From assembly GCA_028023455.1 (NCBI GenBank), contig JAQFVV010000007.1, forward strand, positions 15,934,001 through 15,998,000: DNA of 64,000 nucleotides, read 5' to 3'. This DNA is from Epiperipatus broadwayi (taxonomy: Eukaryota > Animalia > Onychophora). Positions 39,436 through 51,400 of this stretch are shown piece after piece (within the stretch, counting starts at the first letter, position 1; each line of letters begins with the position of its first letter). Below the pieces are notes generated by a model. That model searched no databases. It saw only the letters and a list, made by a program, of their open reading frames with translations, and had not been told where the DNA came from. The position numbers and the translations under genes were made by a program.

Positions 39436-42400
39436 GTAAGTAAAAACCCATTTATCTTTCAGCACATTAACCTCTGGGTTTGAGTATTTCTTTGATTAAT
39501 TTACAATACACTTAAAATATGCATAATATTTTATACCCGTAATTTTTATGTATTTTATTTTTTTTAGAACCTCCTGGCTCCCCTAGAAATGTAACAATAG
39601 TTTTTGTAGATCAGTCAACAGTATATTTAACATGGTTTTCACCTCTTAACAATGGGGGGCGGAGTGATACAACATATCGTATTTTTTGTGATATCTGCAG
39701 CACGTCTGCTACCTATGTTCCTGGTATGAAGGGCATTAATGATACCCAAGTTGCAATTTCTGGTCTACATCCTCGTACAAATTATCACATCACTATCTAT
39801 GCAGAAAATGGAGTCTCCGAAATGAGCGGAGAACTTGCCTATGCAGAAATATTTGTCATGACAGAAGCAGCAGGTACGAATAATATTAAATGAATTATTT
39901 TTGTTTGAACGTTGTAAGATTTTTGCAATATTGGTAGAAAAATTCTAATTCTATTCTGATTTTCATGAAAAGGAAATATAATTTAAGAAATATATTTTTG
40001 TGAAAATTTTATGAAATGTTTTTTTGTTTTTGTAGCAGTATTTTTAACCAAATGAGTTGGTTTTATTTACAAGCTATCATGATCTTGTAAGAAAAATTGA
40101 CACTATTACATTGAATTTTAAAATTTTAATTCAAATAACTGCTTTAATTATGATTAGTTAATATAATTTTAGTTTGAAAAATTTGCTTTTTAAATAAGAA
40201 TTTATATTAATTTTATAATATATATAAAATTTTGCCATCATTGTGATGAGTATTTAAAAAAAACAATAAAATTCCATATATTTTGATCAAGGTAAAAAAA
40301 TATTTGCAGATTATAGCACATGGATATTCAACAGATTTTATGTAATAGTGATAAACATATCTTCAGTCTAAATTACCTTACAATCTTCAAAATTTTAATA
40401 TAAAAGCTTACTCAGATGAGAGCAGAACATACAACATGATAGTGTAATTGAAGTAAAATGGGTGGATTCGAGTTTCTATAAAAGAGTAATTAAAAAAACT
40501 GCATTTATAATAAATAATGGCCAGCAATCAATAAAAACTGTATCATATTCTGGACAAATTTACTCCATCTTGTTCTGTTCAAATTGTGATGATCTGAATA
40601 TGGACATTTCTTTTTAATGATATCGTACCATAATGCCAATTTTTTTTGCATCATAAAGCATCATATCCATCGAGACAAAGTTACAAGTGAAAAAAAGCTT
40701 TTAAGTCAAATATGGTCTTCGGGCAGTTCTAGTAAGCAGTCAGAAATATCTTTGTGATGGGACTAGACAATTCTTAAATGAAACCTATTTGGGAAAAAAG
40801 TGCTGAAAATTTTCTGGGTAAAATAAAGAATAAATTGTCATTTTGATTTTGTAGTATGTCTTCATTTTTAGAAATAATGGCTGTAGATGTATTTCATAAA
40901 AATTATTCATGGAACAACCAAGTCTGAATATGTTGCGATAATTCACAAGTCGGATTTCTAAACAATCATTTTCAAATAATGTCTACTTTTTTTTTTTGAG
41001 AATATGATTTGTGAATTGTCCTACAAATCAGTTTATATTATCAGTATTACATATTTGGTAAGCCCTCATATATTTACAGGGTTGTTAAAATCATTAGAAT
41101 TTAATGTATTTAATATATGCATATTTGTTGAAAGTAAAGATCTCTTCAAATACTTCACAAACAACTTTAGAATTCACAGCTTTAAATTCATCTATATGAG
41201 ATCTTAGCATCTCAGACAAATGACTCATTTTATTTAATTGACAATTAAGCACGATTTTAGCACTGTCTATGCTAAATTTAAATAAAATTAAATGTCGTAC
41301 ATTTCTAATATTAATATATATATGTAGACACATTTTTGACTTATTACAAGAAAATTAGCAGTGACAAATTTAAATAATTGTATAGTTAAAATTATTTATT
41401 ACATATTTTTGAAATATATAAATACCTCTGTAAATAATTTTTTAATAAACTAATTATTGTTAATAATTTTTCAAATACTTGCTTAATTAATATTTTGTTG
41501 CTTTCATTTTCAGTTCCATCTCAGGTTACAAACATCCGAGTCAATAGGGTCAAGCCAAATGTATTGCTTTTAGCTTGGGATCCACCAAAAGACCAGTACA
41601 TAACTATTGATTTATACGAAGTACGCTACTTTGTTCGTAGGAAAGAGAACAATGCATCTAGCCTTCTTACTGCAGATAACAGCTTTTACTTTGAAAATTT
41701 GCAACATCGGACTGAATATGGTTTTCAGGTTAGTAGAATATTATGTTCAAAATATACTGTTAGGAAATAGAATTCATATTAAAATGTATGATGCAATTCT
41801 AAATTATTGTATGAGGGAGTACCACGATTTTTCGGAGAATAATGTGACAAGAATGTTACTTCATGGTTCTAGCACTATGAAACTTAATGTTAATAAAATT
41901 CATAAATGAATTAATTTGCAATCAATTATGAATTATTTTTTATTCCTAAAGAAGGGGGTGGGATTAAGAAGAGAAATTTGACTAAAGAAATCAAAAGTGA
42001 TAGTTTTAAATGTTTGGATATATAAAGCAGATGGGAAGTCCTGTCATCCATAAAAGTAAAAAATAAAAGGTTTTTTTTTTTTTTTTGGGGGGGGGGGGGA
42101 TAGGACAATCTTTTTATTAAATTGGATATAGGAACAATTTGACAAAAGCTGGAATGGTATTGTACTTTAGGGTAGCTCTTTTGATGTGAATGGATGATAT
42201 CCTTCTCCTATTTTGAAAAGATCTGTAAAGGCCCAAAGATCATTCATAAAATTGGAAGATGGACATCATTTAAATTGCCCATGTTTTTTATTCTTTCAGG
42301 ATTAACATTTCCAAATATTCAAAATGTAAATAATATATTAAAAAATTTAAAAAAATATCGATCATCAACTCAAAATTTTGAACATTAAAATGATAAAAAC

Positions 42401-45400
42401 TTATGCTTCTAGTACATTTAAATTTCTAATTTAAATCGCAAAAATAAGTAAAATGATTCATTCAAAATGTTTTTTAAAAAAAACAATGGGAAATTTATTT
42501 ATTTCTTTCTTTATTTAAAAATAAACTGGCAGGAGTAGGAACTAATCAAAATTACCTGAACGAAGTGTGGCCACACCCTATAGATTTTATTTAAATTATA
42601 GATTACAGCAGAAATTAATAAAAATGTCAGAAATGAAATTTATTAACAAATTTATTCTTTGAAATTACTTGAACGATTATTTAATTGATAATTAATAAAT
42701 TCCTTATGTATGTATATATATTATGTAAATTGTATACTCTATAATAAAATTAAATATATTTCATTATTGTAGCAGTTATAATTACTACTAAAATGCTGTC
42801 ATCACAAACTTCACTACAAACAATTCATTATACTATTATTTTTCTTTCAAATAAATAAAGCAGAAGAGGATGGGTATATATTATATTATTTAATACAATA
42901 AAGCTTTTTTCAACAACTTTTATTGCCATCCTCAGTTTAACATATGTATATATTGCAAATGTGTTAAATCGCCTTACCTTCAACTAGTGGACTAATTCAG
43001 ATTCCATCTTTATCATACTGAGCATTCTTCAGCAGAGACCAATAGAAATAAGATAAGATGCATCCAATAGCAGAAACCCTCCAGTATTTCACGATGCTCA
43101 GCAAATCTGATTGCTTTCATCATGGAAGGGGGTCTGGCTACAAATAGTAAGTTCAGTTAGAGACAAATTGCGGGAGCTGAATGGCAGTACACATGTCCAC
43201 TATATGGCTAAAGCAGTGAGACAAGCTGATGTGTTGGGAACTGGTAGATCATAAACTAGACATGAGGCAAGTTATCATAGAACAGCTAAAAGTGTCACTA
43301 TACCTATACATGAGATAAGCTGTCACCATACAACTGGAATGTTAGATAAACCTAGAAGTTCATCTGATATTCATTAGGCTAATAGTTGCATGGCAATTAA
43401 ATGCTAAACTGAGCTGTAATTTGGGAATCTAATTGTCACTGCCATCTGCTATTCATTAATTACTAGTATTTACTAAGAGGATTCTGCTGTAGAATAATAT
43501 AAATTTAATGACTGCTTACTTATCATGTGTCTTCTAAATAAATCAGTTTTCTGTTCTATGAGTATAGTTTTTGTTCCATCTCAGGATGTAGCCATTATGC
43601 CCATAGTTATAAGTTAATATTTTTAAATATCGTAAATTTTGTAAAATATATAGATATGGGCAGATTATTTAGAAAATAAGTCTGAAAATAATATATTTAA
43701 TAATCAAACCATTGCACAATGATTACAAAATAGGACATTAAATAAGTGTGAAACAATCGAGTTTCATATATTCATCAAATGCAAACAAAGAAGGTAACAT
43801 ATTTAAAAATAAGAAAATAAAGTAGTATCCATCATGTTTTTAAACTTTTTTATTTATTTTGTTTTTACTTTTTTTTTTACAAAATGCATGAATTTTATTG
43901 ATTACTTTTGTGTTCACTTCATTTGTATGTGATGTGATGCACTATGACTTCTTCTTATATGGAGTCAGGAATCTCTCATCCACTATGCCCAGAGAAACCT
44001 GTTATCTCCTTTCCTTTCCATTTCCCGCCCTAAGTTTTCCCATATTTTTCTCTATCCTGTTCCATCCCATTTCCACAATATAATCTTTGTTTACTCCATA
44101 GCCTTTATATCTAAATCCCCTCCATCTTCCCCCAAAATCAGCATAAAACCAATAACCCACTTTCTGTATAATCACATTGTTTATATTTATTCTCCCACAA
44201 CTTGCATTATTTGTACCATTTCTGCTTGTAACCATGTCCATTCAATTGAAAAGTGCCTAATATTTTCTTTCTTTCTTAACCAACTTGCCAACTAATCACC
44301 CACATTTTTCCATTTATGTGTATATTTCTTTGTTGCTAAAGATCTTGTTGAGCCTTTAACAGTAAACTATTTTTCTTGCTATTATCATAAATTAACTCCC
44401 ATCCAATATTGTTTACTTCTATATGTATTTAAACTCTTTTTACTCTCCATACTAGTTCTCCAACTCCTTATTCTTTATTAATGCCTCTATTCTTCTATCC
44501 CAGTCCTTACCACTATAACACTCAATAATTCTAACATAATCATCCCACCTTTCTTTATTCAAATCTTCTGCATACCGTATTACCTTTCTCATCCATTTTA
44601 TCTTGTTATGTGGATGGTGGCTCCATTCTGTGATAGAACATAGACTATACTAGCACCAGCCTTTTTCCTCAGTTTTATTGTGTAAGAATTCAAATTAGAT
44701 CAAGATATGCCTGTGTAGTTATATATATGTGTGTATTTATATTTTGATATTTGATCTAGGTCCGTGGGAAAACAGCAACTGGTTGGGGAGAATTTAGCCA
44801 GCCGGTATATACATCAACCAGTGATGAAGTGGGTAAGTTACTACTATATAGACAATAGGTTTTTTTTCTTTCTTAATTTTTAAAAAAGAAAAATGATTTT
44901 TTTTCACATTTAAATGACATTTTAAAAAAAAGAGATTAGAAATAAAAATTTTCTATTATAAAGAATTCACAGAAATTAAATTGTAATATAATATTTTTTT
45001 ATTGATTTTACATTTAAACTTCAATTTACAGCAGTGTTAAAATAATATATTATTGTGGGGGAAAAAGAGATGTCGAAAGATTAGAAATATTAGAAAAAAT
45101 AATAATAGTTAAAATCAATTGCATTTATAATTATATATTTTATTTTTTATTAAAACTGAAATATCTATAATTATTGTTTATTTTTCACAACCTGCAACTA
45201 ATTGATTCCATTATGAATTAACAGACTTAATCCTTAATGCTTCTAAATATTTAAATCACCTCCTTGTCAGCTAACAGCCCTTCTTCACCACCCACTATAC
45301 CTCTTTAACTCCTCTCTGGCACTGGACTAACCCTAACCACCGAATCTGCCCAGAGGGGAAGTAATGAATTTTTTTTTCTTTTTTTTTTTTTTTTTATAAT

Positions 45401-48400
45401 CTTTCTAAGACATAGGTTCCGGTAAATCTTTTACAGCCATCGCCGAGGATAACAACACGATCAATATTGGTATTGTAATCGGGGTCACAGTCGCTCTTCT
45501 GTTCTTTTTGCTTTTTATCATTGTAGCTATCATCGTTTACTTGCGTAGGTGAGTTGCTCTTATTGTTTTAGTCTTTTGTGTGCGTGTCTGTATGTTTTTT
45601 AACAAAATGCTGCATTTCATATCATTTAAGATACACTAATATATAAAAATCAATTGTAAATTTGCAAACTTTTTCAAAATTGACACTAAAATTTGATAGA
45701 TGTTTAGCTGATCTCTACTACTGCATTACTTTCTGTGGATTAACGCAGTGTTAGAAAAATGGTTGCAAAATCAAAAGATTTCTGGAGTGGATCTCAGCTT
45801 ACTAGAATAGGGGAAAAAATGGCTGATTGGTTATGCGAATAGATTTATCCTATAAATTACATATAATGTTAGTAGGAGCAACGAGTCCCCAAACTCTCAG
45901 TTTGAACAATGTATAAAATAAAAGCAACTCTCCACTATAGCGCCATCTAGTGTAAGATTGAGTAATCAGTAATTACCAAATGCACATAAAACAACAAATA
46001 TAGGAATTTCAAATATGGCCGATATTCATTTATTATTCAAACTTATACTAAATGGTGCTAGAGTAAAAAGCTGCTCTTATCTCTCATATGTTGCGAGTAT
46101 TATGTGATTTTCCTGGAGACTAACACCACATGGTCATTTATGCCTATTGCCCTCTATCATGACTTTTTATATTACTTTAGACAATCTTTTGATACCACTA
46201 TAATGCAAATATTAATGTTGTTATATATCTGTGATATATGAAAAAACACTCTTGATTAATGAGAAAATCCAAGAAGAAACCCCTATTTGTATTATTTAAA
46301 CAAAAAAAGTAGAAATATTTTAAGAATGTCTGAGATGTGATTCAAGAACAACAATGTAAATGGATGTTATTTCATAAATGACATTCATAGGTTGAGTGCT
46401 AGAGATAGCTTGTTAATGAGTCCCAAATGAATAGAAGAATCTATTTGAATATGTTTCTTTGAAATGGAATTGCATGTTACAAGATCCATAAAAAAATTTG
46501 GCTGACCTTAGCTTAACAACTAGAAAATATCATAGTCAAAGAAAATAGATAATGACTTAGTTATTGTTAGATAGTGGTTCCTAGTAAAAGATATTGATGA
46601 TAACATAAACGAATAAGTGAACTGAATTTAATTAAATAAAGAATGAGAGACTAACAATAAAGAATATAACATTTCACGACAATTACTTTTTTTTTACTTT
46701 ACATAGTTAGTTAGCTTTTAAATACAAACTGTGATTAAGATCACTACTGAAATTATTCATAGAAGTGAAACAACTAGTGCTGGTTACATAGTGGTTACAT
46801 CAGTTTTATATAAAGTTTTTTCATCTATAGTGGCTGGAAGAGTTGCAAAATGGATGGAAGAAAATAATGTAGTGAGGAAAATGCAATGAGGTTTTAGGTC
46901 AGATAGGTGTATAGGAGAGTTTATTTGTAGTTACACAACTTATGGATATGAGTAGAAATTCAGGTAGACAGTTATATATGAGTTTTTTAGATATAAAGAA
47001 GGCATATGATAGAGTAAATAGAAATAGATTATGGATAAATTTAGCAAGTTTGGGAATGGATGAAGCTTTAGTGGATATTATTAAGAAATTATATGAAAAT
47101 AATTACTATACATATCAATTAGGGGATATAGAATCAATTAAAGTTAAAAATGGGGTGGGACTAAGGCAAGGATATCCTATGTCACGTATTTTGTTTTTGT
47201 TGTATTTGAGTGAAATGGAAAGAGCAATAGAAAGATTAAGAAGAGGGATAGAGATATTGTTAATAGGTGGCAAGGGAGTATATTCTTTGTTGGGTCTTTT
47301 TTTTTTGCAGATGAGGTCTTTCTGTATGCAGAAAGAAGAGAAGATATGGAAGGTTATGCTGAGGATATGCGCAAAGATGGATAAAGAGATTGGGATTAAA
47401 TTTAGTGAAGAAAAATCAAATATAATGATGGTTAATACTGGGGAAAGAGAAGACAAAGAATGGGGATATAAAGTTAAGGATGGTGAATAGATATAGTTAT
47501 TTGGGAATCATCTTTAGTAACCAGAAAAATTGCTTGGATGAATGGGAGAAAAAATTAATAAATGAAGCAAAGCAAAGAAAAGAAAGGGATTGATAAAGAA
47601 ATTAACAGTGTTTTCATATAATAAATATGATGTAGCTAGAATTGTATGGAAGGGAGTGACAGTACCAGGGTTAACATATGGCAATGATGTGTTACGTGTT
47701 AGTAAAAGCTATTAGATTACTTAGAAAAAGTACAAAGGGAAGTAGGAAGATATGCATTAGATGCAGATGTGTGGGTAGCAAAGGAGGCAATTTTCAATGA
47801 GAAATGGGATGGTCAATTTTTATATGAGAGATGCAGAAAGCAAAATGAAAATGTTCAGTAGATTGCAGTTTATGGATAATAAAAGAATAGCCAAAATAGT
47901 ATTTAATCGGGTTATGAGTAAAAGACAGGCAACAAGATGGGTGAGAAAGGTGAATGTGGTATGCAGAAGATTTGGATAAAGAATTTATATCAGTATACTT
48001 GTACGTACAAGAGATGGGATGATTGTGTTAGGAGGATTGTTGAGTGTTATAGTGGTAAGGAATGGGATAGAAGAATGGATGCACTAATAAAGAATAGGGA
48101 GTTGGAGAGATGGAGAACTAGTATGGAGAGTAAAAAGAGTTTAAATATATATAGAAGTAAGCGGAACATTGGGTGCGAGTTAATTTATGATAATAGCAAG
48201 CAAAGTAGTTTACTATTTAAGGCTCGAACGGGATCTTTAGCAACAAAGGAATATACATGTAAATGGAAAAATATGGGTGATTTAGTCTGCAAGTTGTGTA
48301 AGGAAGGCATAGAAAATATTAGGCATCTGTTGATTCAATGTAAATGCTTGAAAGCAGAAAGGTACAAATAGTGAAGTTATGGAAGAATTAATATGAACAA

Positions 48401-51400
48401 AGTGATTATACAGAAAATGGGTTATTGATTTTTATGCTGGGTTTGGGAAAAGGTAAGGGGGATTTAGATAGGAAGGCCATGGAGTTGACAAAGATTATGT
48501 TGTGGAAATGGGATGGAGCAGGATATGGGAATACTTAGGGTGGGGAATGGAAAGGGAAGGTAAAGTGGCTAACATGTTTCTCTGGGCATAGTGGCTGAGA
48601 GATTCCTGACTCCGTATAGGAGAAGTCACAGTGCATCACATCACATGAATGTTTCATATTTTTTTGTAAAAATCAAAAACATTAATATCTAATATATTTG
48701 AAAATATGAAAATAGCATAATTATTTACAAAACAAATCTGAAGATGAAATCTTTATTGAACAAACAATGTTTCAAAAATAGTTATTTTTAATAAGGTGTA
48801 ATCAGTACCAATGTCCGGTGAGAAATTTTGATAGCATTGACAGCAAATGACTTAAACGAAGCCAAAGGAAAAAACATGAAAATATTTGTCAGTCACTTTT
48901 TTGTTCATTAAAGATATTATTTTCCATGTTTGCTTGGTGAATAAATTATGTTATTTTTATGTTTTAAAATAAATTATTTAAATGAAACTTAATGATTAAC
49001 TTATATTTTTGTCCCCATCACATGAAATTAGCTTGAGCAAATTTAAGTTAACTATTTTACACATCAATAGCGTAACTCTGAATGTATGTATTTGTGCATA
49101 TATTTGTTGATTATACTGCACGAAACAATATATAACCTATTATTGATAAACAGAAAATTATATCACATATGTGTGTGCGTAAATATTTTCTTATTACTTT
49201 ATCAAATCCTATATTGATTGAATTTTATTTACATTTGTCTACTAATATATGTATACACCATTGACTGTAAACACAAATAGAATATCTATAAACATGTAAT
49301 AGGCACATTGTAGCATTGTATTGCAATAAACATCAGTAACTGCTGTCCATTATAAAATAATAGATCTGTCTTTTCACATTATGTTATACTGTTTATTTGG
49401 ATAGTGGAGAGATCTTTAGATGTAAAGTTCAATAGATGGCACTAAAATCTTGCCTTTATATATATATAATGGACATGTATTATTATTCTAAACCCCTTAA
49501 TTCAAATCTCTTCACAAGTTGTTGAAATTTACAGAAATGAATGAAGTCACTTAAATACATATCCATAACTAAAATGAAAAAATATTCAAAAACTAAGCTT
49601 ACAGTGTATTAATGTAATTTGAATATAACTTACTAGTGAACATTTCTTTAAAAATTTAATTTAACAATAATAAAAAAAATGAGTTAAATTCATTATGTTT
49701 ATTTGATTGTGAAGAATTTTTTCATTTCTGAGTGAAAAACGTTTGAACCACTAATCATCACATGATCACCATTTCTTATGCTTGCTCATAACTGTTATTA
49801 AAACAGGCAAAACTCTTCATACAAGTAGTGCCACTCAGTGCAAGCCAGAGTAATGCTTGTGCATAAAATCCCTATCTAGTGCCTACTCATCCAATATCCC
49901 TTGACTAGTTTGACTAGTTTCTAGCTTATGGCTTTTGTCAGTGAGGAGCCTTGGATCTGAGAGCACTGCACCTAGATCTTTTATTTCTAAGATCTAGGTG
50001 CAGTTCTCTCTGACGAAGGCCGGGGATATTGGATGAGTAGGCACTAGATAGGGATTTTATGCACAAGCCTTCTGGCATCCATTGATTACTCTGGCTTGCC
50101 ATAAGTGGCCCTACTGTATGGAGAGTTTTGCCTGTTTTGAAAAAAGTTTGACACAGTAATAAAGATGGTTCCTTGAAAAAGTGATTAATAATAATATATA
50201 TGTAAGTATAGCTATAATTACTATAGTGAATATTGCTCTAAAAAATTAATTTAAGGAAAAATGAATAAATTTAAAATCAGTACCTACTTACATTTACTTG
50301 ATTTGTAAGCGGAAAAAATTTGATGCAATAACAAAGATGGCATCCCATAAAAGTGTTGTGTAAAACTGCTTAAAAGGTAATTCTATAAAGAAAATTGTTG
50401 TTTAATTTATTTTTAGAGTGAAAATTGATGTTCAAGAAAATAATTTGTGTAAATATATATGTATAGTCATTATCTATTTATACTTCCTTAATAACAGTGA
50501 TATTTTGCATATATATATATGAGGCAGAAAATTTTTTATCAATGTTAACATATTTGTATGTTGTTTTTAAATTTCTGGTTTAATTGTTATTTTTTATTAT
50601 TGTTGATATACTTATGATAAACATTTAATATAGAATTGCAAATTTTTTGCATTCTAGATATTTTCTGCAGTTATGGATTTTATACAACTTAGTGGTATGA
50701 GATAGAATGGATAGTTGAGGGTCGTGTGAAAGTCTTGAGTTCAAACCCCCTATATATAAGTGCAGGTATTAAAAAGGTTGCACTGTAGAAAAAGTTCATA
50801 TTTTAAATAAATTGCTATAAGATCTCCCATCCCTCGTGTATGTATGTAAATGGATTATGTCCTGTACATGAGGAGTCAGAGTGACTTGTGGTCAACATGG
50901 GTAGAATGAGAAGGTTGGCACTAAGGTGGGCTTTGAGCATTTCATCATCAGATTTTCAATGAAATGGATGGCTAAAGAGTTGTGTAGTGGAGTGGTTTGA
51001 AGCCTGTCCATTAAAGTATGAAGATTGGCTATCTTGTGTGGAGATGATAATCTGGACCAACTGATGAGTGCTGGTTTAGTACAAAATACATATGTTGCTG
51101 ATTATTTATCTTTTCAACATGTGTGTGATCTTGTATGAGAGCATGGATGGTTGAAGGTCATGTGAAAGTCTGAGTTCAAACCCCTATATATTACATATAT
51201 AAGCGCAGGTATGAAAAAGCCTGCACTGTAGAAAAAATCATATTTGAACTTAAGGATAAGTTTAATCTCTTTATAAAAATGTATTATGGATTTTAAACTA
51301 TGACTACATGCTTTACTATTTATTCCAGCTAATGCAATAATGTTTTACCACTCTATTTTTATTGCTTACATTTATATTGAAAGTTAGCTTTTGGCATATA

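Noticed and set aside
43573-43585. 13-mer gttccatctcagg identical to the start of the FN3-2 exon (41513-41525)
   Set aside because: Chance 13-mer matches are expected within a 64-kb window, and there is no flanking homology.
45328-45339. Interstitial telomere repeat (ctaaccctaacc)
   Set aside because: Only about two units; a branchpoint or STAR-protein site is the more economical reading.
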